NCBI GenBank assembly: GCA_902768795.1
Contig: CACXMS010000004.1
Location: 10,978 to 74,977, forward strand
Direction of reading: 5' to 3'
From: an uncultured Eubacteriales bacterium
GTDB taxonomy: Bacteria; Bacillota; Clostridia; Christensenellales; CAG-138
DNA: 64,000 nt
In this document: positions 30,146 to 39,751 of the stretch, in pieces
Layout of the letters: every line of letters begins with the position of its first letter
Numbering within the stretch: the stretch's first letter is position 1
The notes under the pieces: generated by a model
The model's database searches: none
The model's input: only the letters and a program-made list of their open reading frames with translations
Told to the model about the DNA's origin: nothing
Translations under genes and position numbers: made by a program

Positions 30146-32034
30146 CGTTCTACGAAAAAATCATACAGGAACTGGAGAGGGCCGAACAGTCCCTCTCCAC
30201 GGTATATTCATTCGCCTTTCGCTTCACTGAGGAAGCGCTTTTCGAGTGGGAGGAGCAGGAACAGTTTTGCTCAATGACCTACGGAGAAGCGCAAAAGCGC
30301 ATTGAAGCCGCGACGGGCGCGCTCCATGCGCTGCTGACGGATTATCCGAAAGGCAGCCCGATCGGGCTGTATCTGCCGAACGGACCGGACTGGGTGATTG
30401 CTTTCTGGGCGATTCTGCGGTCCGGGTACCGACCGCTGCTGCTGAATACGATCGCCCCGAAAGAATTGGTCGAAGGATGCCTTCGGGAAGCCGGCGCATC
30501 GGTTTGCATCGGCGCCGAAGCGTTTGCAAACGTGCGCTGTCTTGCGCCGGACGCGCTGACCGGCGGCGACGGTTCCTATTGCGACTGGGCGGACGAAATC
30601 CTCCTCTGCACCTCCGGAACGACCGGCGCGCCGCGCCTGATCGCGTTTGACGGGAAAGCCGTTTGCGCGCAGATCCGCAACTCCGGGTTTGCGCTGCAGA
30701 AAAATCATTCCATCGCGTCCTTCGTGCACGGCAAGCTGAAGCTGCTTGCATTTTTACCGTTCTATCATATCTTCGGTCTGTCCGCCGTTCTGCTCTGGTT
30801 CTCCTGCTTCGGACGGACATTCGTTCTGCTGCCGTCGCTCTCTCCCGAAGCGATCGGCCGCGTCTGCCGTCAGCACGAGGTCACGCACATCTTCGCTCTG
30901 CCGGTCTTTTGGAACGCGGTCGCGGATCAGGTTCTGCGCGCTGCCAAACGCACCGGGCAATCGGAAAAGCTCGAACGCGGCATACGCCTCTCGCTCGCGC
31001 TTCAAAACGGGCCGATCCCTTCGCTCGGCCGCTTTCTCGCCCGTAAGCTCATGCGTTCCGTACAGGAACAGGCGCTCGGAACGGCCGTGCGGTTCTGTAT
31101 CTCGGGCGGCGGCGCTTTGCGTAACGATACGCTGCGCCTGATCAACGGAATCGGGTATCCGCTTTACAACGGCTACGGCATGACCGAGATCGGCATTGCC
31201 TCGGTCGAGCTTCGGCAATCCGCCAAAGCGCGGACGGAGGGTTCGATCGGTCAGCCGTTTCCCTCGATCCGGATCGATTGCTCCGGCGAAACGATGCGCG
31301 TATGCGGACGAACATGCTATACCGCCGAATACCGAAACGGCGAACGCATCCCGCACGACCCGATGGAATGGTTCGACACGCAGGACTGCATCCATCAGGA
31401 GGAAAACGGCTCGCTGTTTTTTGCGGGGCGCAGCGACGATATGCTCAACGGCGCGAACGGCGAACGCATCTCCCCCGCGCTGCTGGAATCCGCATTCGGA
31501 AGCCCGCTGATCGCGGCGCTGGCGGCCGTTTCCGAAAACGGCGAGCCCGTTCTGGTCGTCGAACCGAAGCAGCGCAACGCTTACGCGCTTGCCGCGCTGT
31601 CCGAGGAGCTGTATGAAAAAAACGCGGCGCTGCCCTCCGCGTACCGTGTCCGGAAGATCTACTTTTCTTTGGATCCGCTCCCGCTTGCGCTGACGCAAAA
31701 GGTGCAAAGCGGCGCGGTGCGCCGCGGCCTTGCGGACGGAACGCTGCGCGTAAAGGAAGCCGATCGAGCCGATGCACCTGTCGCGTCGGCATTTGACGCC
31801 GGACTGGAGGAAATCCTGCCGCGCGTGATCGCCGTTTTCCGGTCGCTCACCGGTTCGGAGGTTCTGCCCGACAGCCATTTTCGCTATGACCTCGGCGGCG
31901 ATTCGCTGACCTATTTTGCCCTCGTCGAACAGCTTTCCGGGGAGTTTCAGGTTACGATCGATCCCTCCGCCGGAACCGATCTCTCGACCCCGCGCGATTT
32001 TGCGATCTATATCTTAAAAGAAGGCGAACGGTAA
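30142..32034 (+). CDS. Stand-alone adenylation (ANL/AMP-binding) enzyme fused to a carrier-protein (phosphopantetheine) domain
   Basis: 630 aa. ATGA overlap with the glgA stop. LCTSGTTGAPR (A3), YNGYGMTEIG (A5), GRSDDMLNGANGERISP (A8). C-terminal DLGGDSLTYF carrier motif (Ser codon 31904-31906). Confidence 0.8.
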   Translation: MTFYEKIIQELERAEQSLSTVYSFAFRFTEEALFEWEEQEQFCSMTYGEAQKRIEAATGALHALLTDYPKGSPIGLYLPNGPDWVIAFWAILRSGYRPLLLNTIAPKELVEGCLREAGASVCIGAEAFANVRCLAPDALTGGDGSYCDWADEILLCTSGTTGAPRLIAFDGKAVCAQIRNSGFALQKNHSIASFVHGKLKLLAFLPFYHIFGLSAVLLWFSCFGRTFVLLPSLSPEAIGRVCRQHEVTHIFALPVFWNAVADQVLRAAKRTGQSEKLERGIRLSLALQNGPIPSLGRFLARKLMRSVQEQALGTAVRFCISGGGALRNDTLRLINGIGYPLYNGYGMTEIGIASVELRQSAKARTEGSIGQPFPSIRIDCSGETMRVCGRTCYTAEYRNGERIPHDPMEWFDTQDCIHQEENGSLFFAGRSDDMLNGANGERISPALLESAFGSPLIAALAAVSENGEPVLVVEPKQRNAYALAALSEELYEKNAALPSAYRVRKIYFSLDPLPLALTQKVQSGAVRRGLADGTLRVKEADRADAPVASAFDAGLEEILPRVIAVFRSLTGSEVLPDSHFRYDLGGDSLTYFALVEQLSGEFQVTIDPSAGTDLSTPRDFAIYILKEGER

Positions 32035-32061
32035 CGATCTGTTGAAAAAATGCGCTGAGAA

Positions 32062-32253
32062 CAGACTGGCAAGAATGGGCTTGGAAGCCGGTTTCTTCGC
32101 CCGAAGGCTGTACTGACGTTACGCCGAGAGCGAAAAACCGGCTAATTTTGCGGCAAATAATCGAAGAAAAGCGCGTTTGTGCGCTTTTCGTCCTTCAGGA
32201 ATTCTTTTCACATAGCTGCCGCAAAATGGTCCGGGCCCGTTATTGACGGTCTG
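32062..32253. repeat. MITE-like intergenic element, copy B (192 bp, with extra internal hairpin)
   Basis: Terminal inverted repeats: CAGACTGGCAAGAATGGGC on the left, reverse complement of the right end CAGACCGTCAATAACGGGC. Hairpin GAAAAGCGC/GCGCTTTTC. Extra stem 32087-32100 with 32130-32142. Right end overlaps the MFS stop codon. Confidence 0.7.
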
Positions 32254-33571
32254 CTGTTTGCAGCTTGCTTTTCGTAATCAGAAGATACCCGACCAGCGCG
32301 ACGATCACCAGGCCGAGAACGACAAGCGCCGCCAGAAAGATGTCCGCGCTCGGAAGGAACGAGGTCGTGCCGTCGCTGTTTACGATCTCCTCCGCGCCTT
32401 CGAGCACCGCCGCGCCGATCGCCGGACCGACAATGCCCGGAATCAATACCTGCGAAAGAATGCGAAGCCCCTGGAACCGGCCCGCCATGTGCTCCGGCGT
32501 ATGGTTGCGAAGCTGCGTGCCGAACACCGCCATGCCCGAAAGGTAGCCCGACATCATCAGCAGCGAGCCGATGAACACCGGGATTCGCATTCCGATCCCC
32601 TCGGCAGGAATGACCGCCGGAACCAGATAGAGCAGCACGAACCCGAGCGCAAGCATCGAAAGCGCGGGCAGTACGATCCGCCGGAACCCGTGCCGGTCCG
32701 TCAGCCGTCCGAAGAAGAAGGTTACGACCGCGGCAAGGATGATCGCCGGCGCCATGATCAGCACATAATCCGCCATGCCGAGCGTCTTTTCATAGTAAAT
32801 GATCAGATACGGCATATAGACCTGAATCGCCGTCGAAAAAACCATATAGGCAAGCATGGAAAGATACAGCTTCGGATTCTTTCCGACAACGTCCGGTCGG
32901 AACCCGTACAGGATCGTCGGGAAATACCCGAGGTTATCCGGATTTTTCACCGGCGCTTCCTCGACCAGGAAGAACCCGAGGACGCCGATCAGCAGCACAA
33001 GACCGCCGATGATCGCATAAATGACCGTCCAGCTCTCGGCCAGATCGAGGTTGAAGCCCATGAATCCCCCGAACACGACGAGGATCGAGATCAACGGCAT
33101 CATCGAGTTGATCCCTTCCGCCGCGCCGCGGTTCGTTTCGTCGGTCGAATCCGTCAGCCACGCGTTGAACGCCGCATCGTTTGCCGACGATCCGAAAAAC
33201 GTCATCACGCAGTCCATAATGATGACAAGCGTTACGCCGATGCTCGCCGCGCCGACCGTCGACCCGAACAGCGCGGAGATCACGTCGAGCCGGATCAGCG
33301 CAAAGCTCAGGATCGACACGCCCCACGCGATATAGCCGAAGCACATGAACACCTTGCGTTTGCCGAGCCGATCGGACAGCGCGCCCATCAGCACGGTCGT
33401 CACGGTCGCGGCGATCGCGCTCGCGGTGACCATCGTCGCAATCTCGGATGCGGACGCATGGAACATCTTGTAAATATAGACGTTGAAATACATGTTTTCC
33501 ACGACCCATGCGATCTGCCCGGTCAGCGAAAAGATGATCAGCGTCAACCAGAATTTCCGATTTTTCTTCAT
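32240..33571 (-). CDS. MFS transporter (substrate unknown)
   Basis: 443 aa, about 12 hydrophobic segments. MFS motif A GALSDRLGKRK. GAAGGAGGGGAG RBS. Confidence 0.8.
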   Translation of the reverse strand: MKKNRKFWLTLIIFSLTGQIAWVVENMYFNVYIYKMFHASASEIATMVTASAIAATVTTVLMGALSDRLGKRKVFMCFGYIAWGVSILSFALIRLDVISALFGSTVGAASIGVTLVIIMDCVMTFFGSSANDAAFNAWLTDSTDETNRGAAEGINSMMPLISILVVFGGFMGFNLDLAESWTVIYAIIGGLVLLIGVLGFFLVEEAPVKNPDNLGYFPTILYGFRPDVVGKNPKLYLSMLAYMVFSTAIQVYMPYLIIYYEKTLGMADYVLIMAPAIILAAVVTFFFGRLTDRHGFRRIVLPALSMLALGFVLLYLVPAVIPAEGIGMRIPVFIGSLLMMSGYLSGMAVFGTQLRNHTPEHMAGRFQGLRILSQVLIPGIVGPAIGAAVLEGAEEIVNSDGTTSFLPSADIFLAALVVLGLVIVALVGYLLITKSKLQTADRQ

Positions 33572-33731
33572 GCACTCCCCTCCTTCGGCGCGTCCGGACG
33601 GCGGACGCCTCTCCCCCGTTCGTTCTTTATCAGTATATCATATCCGACCCCGAAAGTAAAGAAACCGCGCCGGACCTGCGGCCTGACTTTTTTCGCGCCG
33701 ATTCCGTGGTGCTTTCCCGAAAAAGACGGTT

Positions 33732-33758
33732 TTAGCACTCTTTTTGTTTGAGTGCTAA
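33732..33758 (+). promoter_or_regulatory. CIRCE operator (HrcA binding site)
   Basis: Exact match to the consensus: TTAGCACTC, 9 nt, GAGTGCTAA. 136 nt upstream of hsp20. Confidence 0.9.
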
Positions 33759-33893
33759 ATGTTCACATTTGCATTACAATCGCAACAAACTTCCGTCAAA
33801 ATCGTGTGTTACGATACAGACGTCAAAAGAAGAGAGGGTCGATGGAATACCGGAGACCCGATCGGGAAAGAATAGCAACAGGAGGTTACGATC

Positions 33894-34355
33894 ATGTTTG
33901 AACTGAAGCCTTATCGCAAAAATGAATTGCACAACGCAATGTATTATGATCCGTTCCGTGAGATGGAGGAAATGGAGCGCCGCTTCATGCGCGATCCGTT
34001 CGCCATGTTTGACAGCAACGACCTTGCCATGTTCAAGACCGATATCTCAGACCGCGGCGACGCATATCTGCTCGAGACTGACCTGCCCGGTTTTGACAAG
34101 AAGGACATCCGCCTCGATCTGAACGGCGACACGCTGACGATCCGTGCCGAGCGGCATTCCGAATCGGAGCAGAAGGAGCACAAGGACAAATACCTGCGCG
34201 TCGAGCGTTCCTACGGTTCCTACAGCCGTGCATTTGACGTTTCTCTCATCGATACGGAGAACATCAAGGCGAAGTATGAGGACGGCGTTCTGAAGCTGAC
34301 GCTGCCGAAAAAGCAGAAGGTTGAGCCCGCAAAGCGCACGCTCGAAATCGAATAA
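33894..34355 (+). CDS. Hsp20/alpha-crystallin family small heat-shock protein
   Basis: 153 aa. DISDRGDAYLLETDLPGFDKKDI..GVLKLTLPK. AGGAGG RBS. Confidence 0.9.
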   Translation: MFELKPYRKNELHNAMYYDPFREMEEMERRFMRDPFAMFDSNDLAMFKTDISDRGDAYLLETDLPGFDKKDIRLDLNGDTLTIRAERHSESEQKEHKDKYLRVERSYGSYSRAFDVSLIDTENIKAKYEDGVLKLTLPKKQKVEPAKRTLEIE

Positions 34356-34360
34356 GGAAA

Positions 34361-34406
34361 GAATACAAAGCGGGCCGGCTCAAAAGAGCCGGCCCGCTTT
34401 GTATTC
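34361..34406. terminator. Bidirectional terminator hairpin between convergent hsp20 and plsX
   Basis: Perfect 21-bp stem GAATACAAAGCGGGCCGGCTC, loop AAAA, GAGCCGGCCCGCTTTGTATTC. Confidence 0.75.
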
Positions 34407-34414
34407 TACGTGCT

Positions 34415-35431
34415 TTATTGATCGTCTGCGGCGGCTCCAATCGCCGCCTTGATTTTTTCGGTCAGGTTTGCATCCTGCATCCGATACGCCTGCATCAGGC
34501 ACGCCTTTACGGCATCGGCATTGGACGAACCGTGGCCCTTGACGATGAGCTTTTTACAGCCGAGCAGGACGCTGCCGCCGTAGCTGCGATAGTCCATGAA
34601 CCGCTTCTCCTCGTCGAACATCCGCTTCATCAGCAGCGCGCCGAGCTTGTAGATCGGGCGGGAATAGATGTCCTTTTTCAGCTTTTTCAGCATCTCGAGG
34701 CACGCGCCCTCGGTGGACTTGATCAGCACGTTGCCCGAAAAGCCGTCGCACACGACAAGATCGTACTTGCCGCCGAGCAGGTCGCGGCTTTCCATATTGC
34801 CGACAAAATGAATGCCCTCCAGGTTCTGCAGCACCGGATACGCTTCCTTCCGCAGCGCATCGCCCTTTTCGGCTTCCGCGCCGATGTTCAGCAGCGCCAC
34901 GCGCGGCTTCTCAATGCCGTACGCGCTTTCGAGGTACAAGCTGCCCATCAGGGCAAACTGCGTCAACAGCTTCACATTGACGTCCACATTGGCGCCGCTG
35001 TCGCACACGCCGACGATCCCGCCGGTCATGGTCGGCAGCAGCGGACAGAATGCAGGCCGCTTCACGCCGTGAATGCGACCGATCCGAAGCGTCGCCGCGG
35101 CAACGAGCGCGCCCGTTGAACCGACCGTTACAAGCCCGTGCAGGTTCTCATCGGTGCGGACAAGCTCCACCGCCTTCATCAGCGAGCTTTCGGGCTTCTT
35201 TTTGATCGCGGCTGTCGGGATTTCATCGCAGCCGATCACGTCCGGCGCATGCACGATCTTCAGCCGGTTTTTATCGTACGGCTTGCCGGAAAGCGCCTCA
35301 GTAAGCGTCTTTTCATCGCCCGTCAGAACCACCTCGAGATCAGGCGTTTCCTGCAGCGCAAGCAGCGCGCCGTTTACGTTTGCGTCGGGGCTGTGATCGC
35401 CGCCGAAACAGTCGAGCACCAAACGTACCAT
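34415..35431 (-). CDS. plsX: Phosphate acyltransferase (acyl-ACP:phosphate)
   Basis: 338 aa. LDCFGGDHSP start, VGSTGALVAAA, GHGSSNA. Confidence 0.9.
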   Translation of the reverse strand: MVRLVLDCFGGDHSPDANVNGALLALQETPDLEVVLTGDEKTLTEALSGKPYDKNRLKIVHAPDVIGCDEIPTAAIKKKPESSLMKAVELVRTDENLHGLVTVGSTGALVAAATLRIGRIHGVKRPAFCPLLPTMTGGIVGVCDSGANVDVNVKLLTQFALMGSLYLESAYGIEKPRVALLNIGAEAEKGDALRKEAYPVLQNLEGIHFVGNMESRDLLGGKYDLVVCDGFSGNVLIKSTEGACLEMLKKLKKDIYSRPIYKLGALLMKRMFDEEKRFMDYRSYGGSVLLGCKKLIVKGHGSSNADAVKACLMQAYRMQDANLTEKIKAAIGAAADDQ

Positions 35432-35432
35432 G

Positions 35433-36557
35433 TCAATCCTCCAGCTTTTTCACGAACGAGCGGCGACGCTTGTGCATCACCGTCTTAAACCGTTTCCACT
35501 GATTCTGGATCGCGTAGTTGTCCTCCAGATTCAAGTTCGTTTCCGCATACTCCACGCCGTCCTCCCGCAGCATTTTTTCGAGCGCCGCCGAGATTGCAAC
35601 GCTGATGCCGCGGTTTGCCCATGCCGGATCGATACCGATCAGGCCGAGGTCGATGATCTTCGGATGCTTGATCGCCCAGAGCAGCCGCACAATCGCCGCC
35701 GGCGTCAGGTGTCCGTGCGAGGGCTGTACGGCCTTTGCGATCGACGGGAAGCAGATGCCGAGGCAAACGATGTTGTCGTTCTCGTCGAGAAGGACTGCGA
35801 CATGATCGAGGTCGATGATCAGTCGGAAATTGTCGATCATCAGCTTCTTCATGCCTTCGGTGAACGGAACCGTTCCGTAAAGCTTTTCATACGACTTGTC
35901 GAGCAGTTCAAACAGTCCGTCCGCATACCGGTCGATAAAATCATTGACATTTTTCGCGGGACCGAAATGCAGGTTGTACCGCGCCATCAGCTTTTCGGTC
36001 ACGCGCGCCAACGATCCGTCGTTTTTTTCGGGCGCATAGATCTTGCTCTCCGTCCAGTCGACTTCCTTCTCGTATCCGCAGTTTTCGATCAGCCGCTGAT
36101 AGTACGGCGCGTTGTACTGTTCCTCAAACGTCGAAAGCTGATCGAAGCCCTCGATCAAAAGACCTTCGCGCTCGAGATCCGAAAAGCCGAGCGGCCCGCA
36201 GACCGTATCCATGCCCTTCTGCCGCGCCCAGTTTTCCACCGCGCTTAGCAGCGCGTCTGCGACTTCCTGATCGTCGATCGCGTCGAACCGCGTGAAACGC
36301 ACGCGCTTTTCCCGGTTCTTTTCGTTCGCGGATTTTTGCAGAATGCCCGAGATACGACCGACGATCCTGCCGTCGCGGTATGCGTTGAAATAAACCGCCT
36401 CGCAGATATCATTGTAGATATAATCCGCGCGGAAGATCTTTTTTTCATCGCCGTAAAGCGGCGGTACGAAGTACGGATTGTCCCGATACATCTTCAGCGG
36501 AAATTGCAGAAATTCCCGCTGTTCACGCTTTGTTTTGACCTCTTTGACCGTTACCAT
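35433..36557 (-). CDS. Uncharacterised GNAT-fold-like protein (~370-aa family)
   Basis: 374 aa. N-terminus KREQREFLQFPLKMYRDNPYFVPPL, typical of a conserved uncharacterised acyltransferase-like family. C-terminal half has a GNAT-like NRGISVAISAALEKML region. Call made from memory only. Confidence 0.45.
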   Translation of the reverse strand: MVTVKEVKTKREQREFLQFPLKMYRDNPYFVPPLYGDEKKIFRADYIYNDICEAVYFNAYRDGRIVGRISGILQKSANEKNREKRVRFTRFDAIDDQEVADALLSAVENWARQKGMDTVCGPLGFSDLEREGLLIEGFDQLSTFEEQYNAPYYQRLIENCGYEKEVDWTESKIYAPEKNDGSLARVTEKLMARYNLHFGPAKNVNDFIDRYADGLFELLDKSYEKLYGTVPFTEGMKKLMIDNFRLIIDLDHVAVLLDENDNIVCLGICFPSIAKAVQPSHGHLTPAAIVRLLWAIKHPKIIDLGLIGIDPAWANRGISVAISAALEKMLREDGVEYAETNLNLEDNYAIQNQWKRFKTVMHKRRRSFVKKLED

Positions 36558-36570
36558 GCGAAAACCCCGT

Positions 36571-37440
36571 TTATCTGTGCTTGGCGTGGAAGCAGATGCC
36601 GACGCCGTTCGGGCCGCAATGTCCGCCGGTCGTCGGATTGACCGGGACGATCATCAGGTCGATGTCCTCGCCGAATTTCACCTTCAGCATTCCCGCGACT
36701 TCGTTTGCAATCACCGGAGCGTCGGTATGACCGACGATCACGCGGTGTGCGCGCACATCCTCACCGAGCTCCTCGGTATATTGCAGCAGGCGGTTGATCG
36801 CGCGCTGACGGCCGCGCTCGGAACCGATCGAAACCATCTTGCCCTCGGAATTCATGTAGATGATCGGACGGACGCCGATCAGCGTGCCCATCATCGCGGC
36901 AAGGCCGGAAACGCGCCCGCTGTGCTTGAAAAACTTCAGATCGTCCGCGAAGAAATAGATCGCAAATTTATCGACCTCGGTCTTGGCCCATTCGAGGATC
37001 TGCTCGACGGGCTTGCCGGCCTTCACCATATCGCCGACCTCGAGCACGATCGCCAGACTCACGATCGTGATGCCCTTCGTGTCGATATCGTAGAACCTGC
37101 GCTCCGGATACTTTTCCCGCAGCTTTGCCACGGCCTGATCCATCGCGTCGAACGTCGCTGTCATCGCGCGGGAAAAATGGACATAGAGGATATCGTCGCC
37201 GTTTCTGAACACCGGTTCAAAGGCCTCGATGTATTTTTCGCAGCTGATCGCACTCGTATTCGGCAAAGCGCCCGCGCGAAGCTGATCGTAAAACGCCTTC
37301 ACGTCAAACACGTCGAAGTCCTCATACGGATAAACGGTCTTTCCGTCGATCGCATAAGGCATGCTGATCAGAGAATAGCCATACTCCTTCGCAATCTCCG
37401 GAGTAACGTCGCAGTCGGTGTCGGTAAACAGTTTCAGCAT
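36571..37440 (-). CDS. fakB: DegV-family fatty-acid-binding protein (FakB-type)
   Basis: 289 aa. LKLFTDTDCDVTPE, PNTSAIS, HCGPNGVGI motifs of DegV. Confidence 0.85.
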   Translation of the reverse strand: MLKLFTDTDCDVTPEIAKEYGYSLISMPYAIDGKTVYPYEDFDVFDVKAFYDQLRAGALPNTSAISCEKYIEAFEPVFRNGDDILYVHFSRAMTATFDAMDQAVAKLREKYPERRFYDIDTKGITIVSLAIVLEVGDMVKAGKPVEQILEWAKTEVDKFAIYFFADDLKFFKHSGRVSGLAAMMGTLIGVRPIIYMNSEGKMVSIGSERGRQRAINRLLQYTEELGEDVRAHRVIVGHTDAPVIANEVAGMLKVKFGEDIDLMIVPVNPTTGGHCGPNGVGICFHAKHR

Positions 37441-37450
37441 AAGACCCTCC

Positions 37451-39106
37451 TCATTCCAAAATCATGATATAATCGTAAATCGGCTGCCCGCCCTCGAGCA
37501 GAATAACCTCCGTCATCGGATGCGCGCTTTCGAGCGCCGCACGGATCGCTTCGGCCTCGTCCGGATCGGCGTTCTGACCGCAAACCAGCAGCAGAATTCC
37601 GAAATCGTCGGCTTCCAGCGCCTTTGCCAGCTGCAGCGCGGCTTCCTTCGCTTCGACCGCGTCCGAATAAATGACGCCGTTCGAGAACCCGATATAATCG
37701 CCCTCACGGACGGAAATGCCGTCGCGCTCCGTCGTGCGGCTTGCCTTGGAAACCGTTCCTTCCCGGACGCTCATCATAATCGAAACGGCGCTCTCCGTGA
37801 TCTGTTCCAGGTCCCCGGAAGCGGTGTCGAGCAGCGACAGCGCGGCATAGCACTCGGCGATGTTATGGCTCGGCATCACGGCGATGCGCGCCCCGTCGTA
37901 CAGCGACGCCGCCTGCTCCGCCGTCAGAATGATATTGCTGTTGTTCGGAAATACGAGGATCGAATCGGCGTCGATCGCGCGGAACGCGTTCAAAAAGCTC
38001 TCCGCGCTCGGATTCATGCTCTGCCCGCCGTCCACGACCTCGTCCGCACCGAGCGAAAGGAACGTTTCATGAATGCCCTTGCCCGCCGCCACCGCAACGA
38101 TACCCACGGCCTTATGCGGTTTCCGCTTGCTCGAATAATTGTTGCGGATCGTCGTTTCATGGTGCTGCAGCATCATGTTTTCGATCTTCATCGTCAAAAA
38201 CTCGCCGTACCGATGGCACTCGGCAAGCACCGTTTCGGGCGTCATCGTATGGATATGCACCTTCAATACGCTGCCGTCGCGGAACGCAACGACCGAATCG
38301 CCGTTGGCGATCAGCCAGTCGATCAGCGGCTTCTCGTCGAACGCTGCCACCGGCCCTACCTTTGCCGTCTGAAACCGCAGCAGAAACTCGGTGCAGAATC
38401 CGAATTCCAGTTCGGTGTCCTCGGTGAAGGAATCGAGATCGACCCGGGCCGCTTGCGACGCCGTGCCGCCGGCGGACGACTCGATTTCTTCGCCGCGCAG
38501 AGCGTTCTGCATGCCTTCGGCGATGTACACGAATCCCGCGCCGCCCGAATCGACGACCCCCGCTTCCCGCAAAACGTCGAGCAGCATCGGCGTGCGGTCG
38601 AGCGATGCGCGAAGCTCGGTCAAAAACAGCTCGAAATACTGCTCAAAGTCCGTTTCTTCGCTGATGCGGTCATTCGCGTAGCGCACCGCGTCGGAGTAAA
38701 CCGTCAGGATCGTTCCCTCGACCGGCGTCTGCACCGCGCTGTAGGACTCCTTGACGCCGCGCTCCAGCGCGCTCGCAAACGTGCGGATGTCCGCTTTCGT
38801 AACGCCCTCAAGCCCCTTGGAGATTCCTGCAAAGATGCGGGAAAGGATCACGCCCGAGTTGCCGCGCGCGCCGAGGAGCATGCCCCCGGCGATCCGGCTC
38901 GCCGTCGGCGCGAGGTCTTCCTCTTCCCTGCCTGCCACTGCGGAATAGCCGGCGTCGATCGTCATAAACATATTGTCCCCGGTGTCTCCGTCGGGAATCG
39001 GGAAAACGTTCAGCTCGTTGACGATGACACGATTGTTTTTCAGTCGTGCGGCGCCGCCCTCCACCATGTGGGCAAAGAGCGGGCCGTTCAAAAGTGTTGT
39101 CTCCAT
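37451..39106 (-). CDS. fakA: DAK2-domain protein (FakA/YloV-type fatty acid kinase catalytic subunit)
   Basis: Start trimmed to METTLLNG (GGAAGGGG RBS). FPIPDGDTGDNM Dak2 motif. About 550 aa, as for FakA/YloV. Confidence 0.8.
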   Translation of the reverse strand: METTLLNGPLFAHMVEGGAARLKNNRVIVNELNVFPIPDGDTGDNMFMTIDAGYSAVAGREEEDLAPTASRIAGGMLLGARGNSGVILSRIFAGISKGLEGVTKADIRTFASALERGVKESYSAVQTPVEGTILTVYSDAVRYANDRISEETDFEQYFELFLTELRASLDRTPMLLDVLREAGVVDSGGAGFVYIAEGMQNALRGEEIESSAGGTASQAARVDLDSFTEDTELEFGFCTEFLLRFQTAKVGPVAAFDEKPLIDWLIANGDSVVAFRDGSVLKVHIHTMTPETVLAECHRYGEFLTMKIENMMLQHHETTIRNNYSSKRKPHKAVGIVAVAAGKGIHETFLSLGADEVVDGGQSMNPSAESFLNAFRAIDADSILVFPNNSNIILTAEQAASLYDGARIAVMPSHNIAECYAALSLLDTASGDLEQITESAVSIMMSVREGTVSKASRTTERDGISVREGDYIGFSNGVIYSDAVEAKEAALQLAKALEADDFGILLLVCGQNADPDEAEAIRAALESAHPMTEVILLEGGQPIYDYIMILE

Positions 39107-39125
39107 ACAAACCCCTTCCGAATGA

Positions 39126-39707
39126 TTATGCAATAAAAGAAGTCACGCCGCTGCGAATCAGCAGCTTAACCTGCTTGGAAATCTCCTCCAGCGATTGCTG
39201 CATGCCGGCATTGACCCAATCCCGGTATACCGAAACGATGCCGCTCGTCAGAAAGTCTGCGTACAGCTTCGTGTACGGCCGTTTCGACGGCTCGACGCGC
39301 TTTCCGAGGAACCCGTCCACGCGCACCGAAATCAAAGCCGCAAGCTTGTCCAGTACGTGCGAGGTTTTGTTCTTCTTCAGCAGCGGCGTCGCCAGTTCGT
39401 CGTGCGCGTTGAATGCATTCGTAATCGCCTGCAAAAAGCCGAACGGATCCCCTTCGCAGCGGGAGAAATCCGACTCGTGCACCACGCCGTCAACCGTATG
39501 CACAAGCTCGTTTTCCAGCTCCTCCAGGATCGCGGAAACGCTCGGATAATAGTTATAAATCGTCTTTCGGTCAAGCGCCGCGGCCTGCGCGACGTCCGTC
39601 ACCGTGATATCCGCCGCATCCTTCTGCCCGAGCAGTCCGAGATACGCCTTGCGGATCGCAGCGCGTGTCCGCGGAATACGGCTGTCTGCTTTCCGTTTTC
39701 TTCTCAT
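39126..39707 (-). CDS. TetR/AcrR-family transcriptional regulator (DhaS-like)
   Basis: Start trimmed to MRRKRKAD behind an AGGAGG RBS. Helix-turn-helix ITVTDVAQAAALDRKTIYNYYPS. Confidence 0.85.
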   Translation of the reverse strand: MRRKRKADSRIPRTRAAIRKAYLGLLGQKDAADITVTDVAQAAALDRKTIYNYYPSVSAILEELENELVHTVDGVVHESDFSRCEGDPFGFLQAITNAFNAHDELATPLLKKNKTSHVLDKLAALISVRVDGFLGKRVEPSKRPYTKLYADFLTSGIVSVYRDWVNAGMQQSLEEISKQVKLLIRSGVTSFIA

Positions 39708-39751
39708 GCGATCCTCCTTTGCGCTTTTTGTCGATTTTTCCACATGTGTGT

